Assembly: GCA_040901675.1 (NCBI GenBank)
Contig: JBBDYJ010000031.1
Coordinates: 249,220-313,219, forward strand
DNA length: 64,000 nucleotides
DNA from: Pirellulales bacterium
GTDB lineage: Bacteria > Planctomycetota > Planctomycetia > Pirellulales > JAICIG01
Direction of reading: 5' to 3'
In this document: piece by piece, positions 49,763-58,644 of the stretch
How positions within the stretch are numbered: the first letter of the stretch is position 1
How the letters are laid out: the number at the start of each line of letters is the position of its first letter
Program-made: the position numbers and the translations under genes
Notes under the pieces: generated by a model
Seen by the model: only the letters and a program-made list of their open reading frames with translations
Database searches by the model: none
What the model was told of the DNA's origin: nothing

Positions 49763-50329
49763 TTAGGACTTGGGGGCTTGGTGCTTGGAGCTTGTACTTG
49801 GCAGTTTTGGGCTCCGTCGGGGGTGGGCGCGATCCGCCTTGAGATCGAAGAGGAACTGGTTGTCAGCGCCTTTCTTGACGGTTGCCGTGAGACCCGACTC
49901 AAGGCTCGAGTATTCCTCCGGCAGGAGGTGTTTGATTTCCGATGCAGGCACCCCCTCGAACGTGAGGTCGTGGCGCCGATTGATCCGTTGCCAATCTCTC
50001 TTGCTCACCACGACGGCGTAGTCGCCGGACAAGGCGCCATCGGGGCTGTACTTCGGGTTGAAGTAGGTGCTCAGCGTGAAATTACCTTTGTCGTCGGTAT
50101 AGCCGTAGGCTTGCTTGCACTCCCGATGCCGGGGAAGGAACGCGACTGTAGCTCCCGACACCGGCGCCCCATCCATGGTAATTGTCCCGCTGACTGGGAT
50201 GGTCCGGGGGAGCCTTTCTGGCGCACTGATCCAGAAAACCACCGCAAGCACGGTGACGCACGCCAGAAGCGCGCGGAAGCTGAACTGCAACCGCGGCCGG
50301 CCGTTCGGGTTTGGAACGGGTTGGGACAT
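49763..50329 (-). CDS. carboxypeptidase-regulatory-like (prealbumin-fold) planctomycete protein
   Basis: PVSG.IT.DG.P..GA.V.F.P, TD..G.F.L.T, DGA..G.Y.V.VSK and LP..Y.....SGL.A.V..G.N.F.FDL motifs. Confidence 0.8.
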   Translation of the reverse strand: MSQPVPNPNGRPRLQFSFRALLACVTVLAVVFWISAPERLPRTIPVSGTITMDGAPVSGATVAFLPRHRECKQAYGYTDDKGNFTLSTYFNPKYSPDGALSGDYAVVVSKRDWQRINRRHDLTFEGVPASEIKHLLPEEYSSLESGLTATVKKGADNQFLFDLKADRAHPRRSPKLPSTSSKHQAPKS

Positions 50330-50533
50330 TGAATCATCGAGCAGTCAGGCGCCAGCAAAGAACCGGCTGGCATCGACTGCCAACAGTCATCATTCTAGTG
50401 GCACCGCTGGACCATATCCACAAATCGCCCCTTGTAGCCGGACGCAACTACCGCCCCGTAGACTTGCTCCGGGACGACTAGTCGCATAAACTGACGCTTG
50501 CGCGTTGGGGGCTTATTGGAGTACCCCGGCGCG

Positions 50534-50674
50534 CTGGGACTTTGACCCAGGCACCCCCGGGCGAAAAGCACGAAGGACGAGGACTGGGGCACGCTTATCG
50601 CTTTGCCCCAGCCACCCGTGGGAAAGGAAGAAGGAAGAAGACTGGGGCACGCTGACGCTTTGCCCCAGCCACCC
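50534..50674. repeat. REP-like hairpins ACTGGGGCACGC..CGCTTTGCCCCAGCCACCCG, two copies plus one degenerate
   Basis: Direct copies at about 50582-50618 and 50640-50674. Confidence 0.8.
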
Positions 50675-50739
50675 GGACGCCAGCCAACCGACACGCCACC
50701 TGCCAGCAACCAGTAACTAGCAACTACCGGCAACTAGCT

Positions 50740-52140
50740 ATGCCTGCGAATAGTCTACCGCTGAATGGCGAACGATGCGGCGAAGCGATCGCGCTTTCGC
50801 GGCGGGGATTGCTCAAGGCGGGCAGCCTGGGGCTGATGGGAGTCTCGCTGGCGCGGCTGCTTCAAGCCGACGAAGCGGCCCGCCAGGCTGGCATCACGCC
50901 GCGGGCCGATGCCTGCGTGCTGGTTTTCCTGAACGGCGGCCCCAGCCACCTCGACATGTGGGACATGAAGCCCGATGCGCCCGACGGCATCCGCGGTGAG
51001 TTCAAGCCGATCTCCTCGTCGGTGCCGGGCCTGCAAGTCTCCGAACACCTGCCGCGGCTGGCCGGCCAGATGCACCGCTTCAGCCTGGTGCGATCGATGC
51101 ACCATAGCGTCAACAATGCCCACGCGCTGGCCGTGTACACCAGCCTGACCGGCCACGACCGCGGCGATGGCACGGTGGCCGTCGGCACGGGGCCCAACGA
51201 CTACCCGTCGCTCGGCTCGACGCTGGCCATGCTCCGCCCACCCCGCAAGACCAGCGTGCCAAGCGTCTGCCTGCCGTATATCACCAAGGAAGGCGCCGGC
51301 GGACCGCCCCAGCCCGGATTCTTTGGCGGCTTCCTGGGCGGCGCCTACGATCCACTCTTCGTGCTCAAGAACCCCAACGAGCCCGACTTCGCCGTCCCCG
51401 AGCTCACTTTGTCGGCCGATGTGCCGGGCGATCGACTGGCTGCCCGGCGGAACCTGCTGTCCGAGGTGGAACAACCCTTCGTCGTCGGCCCGCCGCGGGC
51501 GGCCATCGACTCGATGGAGGGATTCCAGCAGCGGGCCCTCGACCTGCTCACGTCGGAAGCGGCCCAGCGCGCCTTCCGCATTGCCGACGAGCCGGACAAC
51601 ATCCGCCAGTCGTATGGCCGCAACATCTACGGTCAGAGCGTCCTGTTGGCCCGGCGGTTGATCGAGGCCGGCACGCGCGTCGTCACCATTTCCTGGGCGC
51701 CGGATGCCAACGCGACCTGGGACACGCACGGAGGCAATTTCAAGAAGCTCAAGAACGAGCTGCTGCCCCAGTTCGACGCGGCCTGCACCAGCCTGGTGAC
51801 CGACCTGGCGGACCGCGGTCTGCTCGACCGCACACTGGTGGCCGTGCTGGGCGACTTCGGCCGCACGCCCAAGATCAACGGCAGCGACGCGGGCCGCGAT
51901 CACTGGAATTACTGCTACAGCCTGATGCTGGGCGGGGGCGGGATCCGAGGCGGTTTCGTGTACGGCGCCAGCGACAAGATCGGCGCCTTTCCGGCCCGCG
52001 ATCCGCTGGTGCCCGGCGACGTCATCTCGACGATTTACCACCTTCTGGGCGTGGCCAACGACCGCTGGATCGCGGATCAGCTCGGCCGGCCGCACCGGCT
52101 GGTGTCGAAAGGCGACGTTGTCGGCGAGCTGATTTCATAG
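50740..52140 (+). CDS. DUF1501 domain protein
   Basis: SRRGLL Tat-like motif, GGPSHLDMWDMKP, WDTH, FGRTP and GRDHW. Confidence 0.93.
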   Translation: MPANSLPLNGERCGEAIALSRRGLLKAGSLGLMGVSLARLLQADEAARQAGITPRADACVLVFLNGGPSHLDMWDMKPDAPDGIRGEFKPISSSVPGLQVSEHLPRLAGQMHRFSLVRSMHHSVNNAHALAVYTSLTGHDRGDGTVAVGTGPNDYPSLGSTLAMLRPPRKTSVPSVCLPYITKEGAGGPPQPGFFGGFLGGAYDPLFVLKNPNEPDFAVPELTLSADVPGDRLAARRNLLSEVEQPFVVGPPRAAIDSMEGFQQRALDLLTSEAAQRAFRIADEPDNIRQSYGRNIYGQSVLLARRLIEAGTRVVTISWAPDANATWDTHGGNFKKLKNELLPQFDAACTSLVTDLADRGLLDRTLVAVLGDFGRTPKINGSDAGRDHWNYCYSLMLGGGGIRGGFVYGASDKIGAFPARDPLVPGDVISTIYHLLGVANDRWIADQLGRPHRLVSKGDVVGELIS

Positions 52141-52268
52141 TTGCTAGTTCCTGGTTCCTAGTTTCTAGTTGCAGCAGGAAGGAGGAAGCGTCTCGAGTTC
52201 CGTCACCCGCTACGTGCCGACCCACCACCCCTCCGCCCGCCATCCATACCCTCCCCGGAGGCCACAAC

Positions 52269-54779
52269 TTGCCTGCCTGCCCGCACTCGACCGGGACCGG
52301 TCTGCGTTCGATCAAACGGCTGATCGCGCTGGCCCTGGCCCTGCTCGCGAATCACGTGATCGTGGCGGATGCAGCCGCGGCGACGTTCCGGGTCGCGCCT
52401 GCCTCTGTCGAGTTGGAGGGCACGTTCGCCCGGGCACAGTTGTTGGCCACTGCGCTGGAGACTGACGGGAGCACCAACGACCGCTCGGCCGACCTGACGC
52501 GGCAGGCGGTTTATGCGTCGTCGAATCCGCAAGTCGTAACGGTCAGCGACGCCGGCGCGCTGTTGGCCACGGGCAATGGGCCGGCGGTGGTGAGCGTGAC
52601 GGCCGGCGGAGAAGCGATCGAGGTCCCGGTCGCGGTGAGCGGCGTCGAAGAGCGGCCTTCGATCGGCTTCGTCTCGCACGTATTGCCCGTATTGAGCAAG
52701 GCCGGCTGCAACGCCGGCGCCTGCCATGCCAGCCAGTACGGCAAGGGAGGCTTCAAGCTCTCGGTGTTCAGCTTCGCGCCGGACGAGGACTACCTAGCAA
52801 TTCTCCGCGACCGCCAGGGGCGCCGCGTGAATCGCCTCGATCCCGACCGGAGCCTGCTCTTGCTCAAGCCGACCTTGGCGGTGCCGCACGGCGGCAACCG
52901 GCGGCTCACGGCCGACTCGGTCGATTACAAGATCCTGCGGGCCTGGCTGTCGGCGGAGACTCCGGCGGGACCGAAGCCGGAAGAGCCGAGGGTCCGCTCG
53001 ATCCAGGTGCTGCCGGGCCGGCGCGTGGGCCAGCCCGGCTTCACGCAGCAATTGCAGGTGCTGGCCACGTACAGCGACGGCAAGACCCGCGACGTGACGC
53101 ATTGGGCCCGCTTCGACAGCCTCGACGAAAGCGTCGTCGCGGTCGCCAACGATGGGTTGTTTACTGCCGTGGGCCGCGGCCAGTCCAGCGTGATGGTGCG
53201 TTTCGAAGGGCAAGCGCAGGTGGCGACGGTCATCGTGCCGTATGCCGACAGCGTTGCGCTGGCCGGCTGGACGGAGAACAACTTTGTCGACACGCTGGCC
53301 GCCGCACGGTTCCGCGAGCTGGGCATCGAGCCCTCGCCGCCGGCCGACGACGCCACGTTTCTGCGACGCGCGTTCCTGGACGCGATCGGCACGCTGCCCA
53401 GCGTCGAAGAAGCCGCGGCCTTCATCGATTCGCCCGACCCCGACAAGCGGACAAAGCTCGTCGACAGGCTGTTGGGCCTCTCGGCCGACGCCTCGCAGAA
53501 CGTCTACAACAATCAGTATTCGGCCTGGTGGTCGCTGAAGTGGTCCGATCTGCTGCGGTCGTCGAGCAGCACCATCGGCGAGCAGGGGATGTGGGCCCTG
53601 CACAACTGGATCAACGAGTCGTTGCGGGAGAACAAGCCGTTCGACCGGTTCGTCCGCGAGCTGATCACGGCCACCGGCTCGGTCTATCGCAGCGGACCGG
53701 CCAACTATTACCGCATCGCCAATAACCCGCAGGACCTGGCCGAGAACACCGCCCAGTTGTTCCTCGGCGTGCGGCTGCAGTGCGCCAAGTGCCATCACCA
53801 TCCATTCGAGAAGTACAGCCAGGACCATTACTACGGGTTCGCCGCCTTTTTCGCCCGCGTGGGCACCAAGGGAAGCCAGGAGTTCGGCTTGTTCGGCGGC
53901 GAGCAAGTGGTGCTGGTCCGATCGTCGGGCGAAGTGGGCCACCCGAAAACCGGCCAGGCGATGAAGCCCACACCGCTGGAAGCGGAACCGATCGAGGCCG
54001 CCGGCGACCGCCGCCGGCCGCTCGCCGAGTGGATGACGTCGCCGGACAACCCGTTTTTTGCCCGCAACGTGGTGAACCGCTACGTGGCTTACCTGCTGGG
54101 CCGCGGCCTGGTCGAGCCCATCGACGACATGCGGGCCACCAACCCGGCGAGCAACGCCGAGCTGCTGGACCGGCTGGCGGCCGATTTTACGGCCAGCGGC
54201 TTCAACTTGAAGCACCTGCTGCGGACGATCATGACCTCCCGGCTGTACCAGCTCGAGTCGCAGCCCACGGCGGACAACGCGGCCGACCGCCGCTTCTACA
54301 GCCACTACCAGGTGAAACGGCTGGCGGCCGAGCCGCTGTTGGATGCGATCGACTATGCGACCGGCGTGCGGACGAAGTTCCGCAACCTTCCGCCGGGGAC
54401 ACGCGCCATCGAGCTGCCCGACGGCGAATACCCGGACTATTTCCTCAAGACGTTCGGCAAGCCCCGCCGCGTCAGTGTCTGCGAGTGCGAGCGCTCGTCG
54501 GAGGCCAACTTGTCGCAGGCGCTGCACACGCTCAACGGCGAGTCGGTGGCGGGCAAGATCGCCGACCCCAACGGCCGGGTGGCCAAGCTCATGGCGGCCG
54601 GAAAAAGCTTCGACGAGAGCGTCCACGAGCTATACCTGGCCACCTGGTCGCGGCGGGCGACGCCGGAGGAGCTGGCGGCCCTGAAGACCTTTCTGGACCA
54701 GAGCCCGGATCCAAAGACCTTCTACGAGGATCTGCTCTGGACGCTGATCAACTCCAAGCCCTTCCTGTTCGTGAGGTGA
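52269..54779 (+). CDS. DUF1549/DUF1553 protein with two Ig-like (Big_2-like) domains and CxxCH
   Basis: CNAGACH, FLRRA.LD.IG.LP, CAKCHHHP, GRGLVEP.DD, CECER and EDLLW.LINS motifs. Start uncertain. Confidence 0.93.
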   Translation: MPACPHSTGTGLRSIKRLIALALALLANHVIVADAAAATFRVAPASVELEGTFARAQLLATALETDGSTNDRSADLTRQAVYASSNPQVVTVSDAGALLATGNGPAVVSVTAGGEAIEVPVAVSGVEERPSIGFVSHVLPVLSKAGCNAGACHASQYGKGGFKLSVFSFAPDEDYLAILRDRQGRRVNRLDPDRSLLLLKPTLAVPHGGNRRLTADSVDYKILRAWLSAETPAGPKPEEPRVRSIQVLPGRRVGQPGFTQQLQVLATYSDGKTRDVTHWARFDSLDESVVAVANDGLFTAVGRGQSSVMVRFEGQAQVATVIVPYADSVALAGWTENNFVDTLAAARFRELGIEPSPPADDATFLRRAFLDAIGTLPSVEEAAAFIDSPDPDKRTKLVDRLLGLSADASQNVYNNQYSAWWSLKWSDLLRSSSSTIGEQGMWALHNWINESLRENKPFDRFVRELITATGSVYRSGPANYYRIANNPQDLAENTAQLFLGVRLQCAKCHHHPFEKYSQDHYYGFAAFFARVGTKGSQEFGLFGGEQVVLVRSSGEVGHPKTGQAMKPTPLEAEPIEAAGDRRRPLAEWMTSPDNPFFARNVVNRYVAYLLGRGLVEPIDDMRATNPASNAELLDRLAADFTASGFNLKHLLRTIMTSRLYQLESQPTADNAADRRFYSHYQVKRLAAEPLLDAIDYATGVRTKFRNLPPGTRAIELPDGEYPDYFLKTFGKPRRVSVCECERSSEANLSQALHTLNGESVAGKIADPNGRVAKLMAAGKSFDESVHELYLATWSRRATPEELAALKTFLDQSPDPKTFYEDLLWTLINSKPFLFVR

Positions 54780-54784
54780 TCCTG

Positions 54785-56932
54785 GTGACGACTTGCCCTG
54801 CCACTTGCTCTGTGACGCGCGTTGCCCGCTTCGGGGCCGCGTTGGCGCTGGCCGCCGCGGCCGGCGCGCTGATCACGGGCAAGGCGGTGGCGCAGAGCTC
54901 GTACCCAATGATCATGAGCGCTCGCCCGCTGGCGGTGCAGGTTGGCCAGGCGAGCGAAGTAGAGGTTTCTGCTCGCTACAACTTGTACGGCGCCTACCAG
55001 GTGTTCGTCACGCCGGAGGGAGTGACGGGCGAGGTGGTTGTGCCCGAGATGCCGGCCGACCAGCCGCCGCCGGCCGCCAAGCCCGACATGCCGAAGATCA
55101 AGGTCCGTTTCACGGCCGCCCCGGACGCGGTGCCCGGCCCGCGCAGCTTTCGCCTGGCCACGCCGAGCGGCGCCTCGACCGTCGGGCAGTTGGTGGTGGT
55201 CCGCGAAGCGGTGATGGTGGAAGCGGCCGACAACGACGCGATGGCGACGGCCCAGGCCGTGACGCTGCCGGCCACGCTGTGCGGCGCGATCGAGAAAGCC
55301 GAGGACGTCGACTTCTTCAAGTTCACGCTGGCCGCGGCGGGCGCCTGGACGTTCCACGTCCATTCGTCGCGCTGCCAGGACCGCATCCACGACCTGCAAA
55401 CGCACTCCGACCCGATCCTCACCTTGCGCAACGGGGGCGGCACGGTGCTGGCGGCCAGCGACAACTACTTTTTCGCCGATCCGCTTTTGCACTTCAACTT
55501 CACCGAGCCGGGCGATTACTACCTCGACATCCGCGACGTGCGCTACCAGGGCAACGCCGATTGGCAGTACAGCATCGAAGCCAGCAACCGCCCGCTGGTG
55601 ACCAACGTCTTTCCGTCACGCGTCACGCCCGGCACGGCGACCCGCTTGGAGCTGGTCGGGTTTCACTTGCCCGGCGATCGGACCACCCTGCTGACGCTGC
55701 CGGCCGAGATGCCGGAGGGTCCCGTATGGCTCAACCTGCCGCTGGGCGAAAGCCTGGTCCCGGCGCCGCTGGTGATCAGCCGCTTGCCGGGTCTGATCGA
55801 GGCCGCCGGAGACAACGGCACGCCGGCCGCCGCGCAGCCGATCGAGGTGCCGCTGGGGATCAGCGGCCGCATCTCGGAGCCGGGCGACGTCGACTGTTAC
55901 CGTTTCGAGGCCCGGCAAGGCGAGCGCTTCAGCTTCGAGGTGCTCGCCCGGCGGCACCAGTCGGCCCTCGACTCGGTGTTGAGGATCGTCAACGAGCCAG
56001 GCGTGGTCTTGGTTGAAAACGACGACTTGAGCACGGGCCGCCACAACCATGCCGATTCGATGATCGAGAACTGGACGGCGCCGGCCGACGGCAGTTGCGC
56101 GATCGAGCTGTCGGACCTGCACCAGCGGGGTGGCCCGGAGTACGTTTACTTCCTGAAGGTGACGCGCAGCGAGCCCTACTTCACGCTCGACGTCGATTCG
56201 GACAAGACGCTGTTGTCTGGGGGCACGGCGGGCGCCATCTTTGTTCGGGTGTATCGAAAGAACGGCTTTGCGGGCGAGGTGCAGTTGGCCGTCGAGGGTT
56301 TGCCGCCGGGCGTGACCGCCAGTTGCGGGCGGATCCTGGCCGGCTCGACGGACGGCTGCATCATCCTGGAAGCTGCGCCCGGCGCCGCGCAAGGTGCCGC
56401 CAACGTCAGCATCAGCGGCTCGGCAACGGTCGCGGCGGCCGAGGCGGGCCAGCCGCCGCTGGAGCTGGTGGCCATTGCCCAGCCGATGCAGGAAGTTTAC
56501 ATGCCGGGCGGCGGGCGCAACCACTATCCCGTCGATGTACACACCGTTTCGGTGGGCGGCGTGATGGACCTGAAGGCGGTGAAGCTGAGCACGACGGCGG
56601 TGAGCCTGAAGCCGGGCGAGTCGCAGAAGATCGACGTCACGATCGAGCGGCGCGAGGGTTTCAGCGGCAACGTCACGCTCGACTGTCTGTTTCAGCACCT
56701 GGGCAGCATCTACGGCAACAGCCTGCCGCCGGGCGTGACCATCGACGAAAAGAACAGCCAGACCGCCCTGGCCGGCGACCAGTCGCAGGGGCACATCACG
56801 CTGGTGGCCGCGGCCGACGCCAAGCCGGTCGAGAACCAGCAGGTGGCAGTGATGGCCAACGTGTCGATCAACTTCGTGATGAAGTACACGTATTGCGGCC
56901 CGCCGCTGAGCGTCTCGGTATTGCCCCCATAG
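54785..56932 (+). CDS. secreted PPC-domain protein
   Basis: GAGGTG RBS with GTG start, signal peptide, and repeated E..DN....AQ...P..G.I....DVD.F.F motifs. Confidence 0.85.
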   Translation: MTTCPATCSVTRVARFGAALALAAAAGALITGKAVAQSSYPMIMSARPLAVQVGQASEVEVSARYNLYGAYQVFVTPEGVTGEVVVPEMPADQPPPAAKPDMPKIKVRFTAAPDAVPGPRSFRLATPSGASTVGQLVVVREAVMVEAADNDAMATAQAVTLPATLCGAIEKAEDVDFFKFTLAAAGAWTFHVHSSRCQDRIHDLQTHSDPILTLRNGGGTVLAASDNYFFADPLLHFNFTEPGDYYLDIRDVRYQGNADWQYSIEASNRPLVTNVFPSRVTPGTATRLELVGFHLPGDRTTLLTLPAEMPEGPVWLNLPLGESLVPAPLVISRLPGLIEAAGDNGTPAAAQPIEVPLGISGRISEPGDVDCYRFEARQGERFSFEVLARRHQSALDSVLRIVNEPGVVLVENDDLSTGRHNHADSMIENWTAPADGSCAIELSDLHQRGGPEYVYFLKVTRSEPYFTLDVDSDKTLLSGGTAGAIFVRVYRKNGFAGEVQLAVEGLPPGVTASCGRILAGSTDGCIILEAAPGAAQGAANVSISGSATVAAAEAGQPPLELVAIAQPMQEVYMPGGGRNHYPVDVHTVSVGGVMDLKAVKLSTTAVSLKPGESQKIDVTIERREGFSGNVTLDCLFQHLGSIYGNSLPPGVTIDEKNSQTALAGDQSQGHITLVAAADAKPVENQQVAVMANVSINFVMKYTYCGPPLSVSVLPP

Positions 56933-56945
56933 AAGAAGGACGAAG

Positions 56946-57161
56946 ACCACGGACGGATCAAACCACGGAGGCACGGAGAACACGGAGAAGAAGGACGGAA
57001 AAGGCCTCTCGCACACGAAGAGAATACAGAGACAAACGGACGAAGGCCCTCGGGCCCGCATCTTGTACTTCGCGCATCTCCACGTACACTTGCAGTTGCT
57101 CCTGGCGTCGAATGCTTTGTAACCTTGTAGCGTCTTCGTGTGCTTGGTGTTCTTTGTGGTT
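56946..57161. repeat. inward-facing 9-mer repeat tracts (CACGGAGRR-type and its reverse complement)
   Basis: ACCACGGAGGCACGGAGAACACGGAG at 56962 and CTTCGTGTGCTTGGTGTTCTTTGTGGTT at 57134. Confidence 0.7.
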
Positions 57162-57243
57162 TCCTCGTCTTATTCGTCCGTGATGGCCTTGGCCGCCTGC
57201 GAATGAGTAAACAGTTTTCAAGCATCTCCAGAGGGTTTCAACC

Positions 57244-58206
57244 ATGAGGCCGATGTATCGCGGTTGGATGGGGGCGGTTTCTTTGACGAGTGTCATGTTC
57301 CTATCGGCTGCCTGCCTGGCGGCCGACTTGCCCGAGGCCTCCGAGGTCGAGGCCGTGCCGGTTCTCGAAGTCCCCAGTTATTGCGAAGGCGTGGTTTTCG
57401 ATCATGAGGGGAGGGGTTACGTATCGGAAGGCGAGACGATCTGGCAGTTCACGCTCGACGGCAAGAAGAAGGAGTGGGCCAAGACCGGAGCGCCCAATGG
57501 GCACAAGGTGCTCGCCGACGGCACGCACCTGGTCTGCGATGCCAGCCGGCTCGCGGTGCTGCACCTGTCGAAGACGGGCGAAATGCTCGAACCGGCCTCC
57601 AATGAGTGCGAAGGCAAGCCGTTGCTCGGACCGAACGACTTGACGCTCGACACGCCCAACGGCGGCTTCTACTTCAGCGACCCGGGCAACTCGGGCAAGG
57701 ACAATCCCATCGGCACGGTTCACTACGTCAATGCCGACGGGAAGACCAGCCTGATCTCAGACGGCCTGGCCTATCCCAACGGCATCGTTCTGACGCCGGA
57801 CGGCAAGCGGCTCTACCTGGCCGAGAGCCAGAAGAATCGGGTGCTGGTGTTCGAGGTGACCGGACCCGGCCAGGTCACCGACCGCAAGCTGTTCGCCGAT
57901 CTGCCGGCCAAGGACGAGGCCGCCGGCCAGGTCGACAACCAGCCCGACGGCATGTGTCTGGATGCCGCCGGAAACTTGTACGTGGCCCACTACGGCATGC
58001 GGCAGGTGCAGGTGCTCGACCCTGAAGGCAAGCTCGTGGCCCGCTACCCCGGCGGCAACCTGACGACCAGCAACGTCGCCTTCGGCGGCCCGCGCCTCGA
58101 CCAGCTCTACGTAACCGGCGGGCTCGACATCGGGAAAGGAGCCGGCGGCCTGTTCCGCCTCGATCTGGGGGTCAAGGGCCTGAAGATCCTTCCTGCGAAG
58201 AAATAG
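57244..58206 (+). CDS. SMP-30/gluconolactonase family beta-propeller, secreted
   Basis: EG, PNG, PND, YFSDP, YPNGI.L.PDG..LY, PDGM.LD..GNLYV and SN.AFGG motifs. Confidence 0.92.
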   Translation: MRPMYRGWMGAVSLTSVMFLSAACLAADLPEASEVEAVPVLEVPSYCEGVVFDHEGRGYVSEGETIWQFTLDGKKKEWAKTGAPNGHKVLADGTHLVCDASRLAVLHLSKTGEMLEPASNECEGKPLLGPNDLTLDTPNGGFYFSDPGNSGKDNPIGTVHYVNADGKTSLISDGLAYPNGIVLTPDGKRLYLAESQKNRVLVFEVTGPGQVTDRKLFADLPAKDEAAGQVDNQPDGMCLDAAGNLYVAHYGMRQVQVLDPEGKLVARYPGGNLTTSNVAFGGPRLDQLYVTGGLDIGKGAGGLFRLDLGVKGLKILPAKK

Positions 58207-58222
58207 TAGCGCTCCGCCATTA

Positions 58223-58311
58223 GTGGCCGTCACGCTCCGCCGTGACGAGCCGTGATAGTAGCCGTCACGCTGGAGCGTGACGAGCTGCCTCACGCGGAGC
58301 GTGAGGGCTAC
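58223..58311. repeat. GTAG-type REP cluster (two direct and one inverted GTAGCCGTCACGCTCC.CGTGACG)
   Basis: Copies at 58223 and 58258 (+) and at 58288-58311 (-). Confidence 0.8.
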
Positions 58312-58349
58312 TTTCCTTTCCAACCGTTCGGCATGGTTTGACAGGTGGT

Positions 58350-58467
58350 TTGACAGATCGGCTCCTGCTGCGGTAAGCTGCGGGTGGCCGATTGCTCCAG
58401 GCGGGCGAATCGGCCAGGCCACGACAAGGCCTCCAGCTTCATTCACTGCTGGCGGGCCGTTTTTTTG
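58350..58467 (+). ncRNA. candidate small RNA or attenuator (promoter, hairpin, terminator)
   Basis: TTGACA-N18-TAAGCT, then GGCCGATT..AATCGGCC hairpin, then GGCC.CCAGC..GCTGG.GGGCC followed by T7. Confidence 0.4.
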
Positions 58468-58644
58468 CGCTTTCCGCCAAGGCACGGCGGGTCCGCGCTG
58501 CCGGTCGTCGCTCGACTGGCCGGTTTCAGTCGTCCATGGTTGGGCGCCACTCTCCGTTTCGGCGCGGGCAATCGACAAAGGCATCCGGGACGGGCAACGT
58601 GCCCGTCCCATTCCTCGCAGGCAGCGAAAAAAGGAGACCATTTC

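Noticed and set aside
53780..54784. N-terminal 335 aa of the 1050-aa ORF
   Set aside because: Overlaps the DUF1549 gene out of frame. An RBS, GTG start and signal peptide at 54785 mark the real start.
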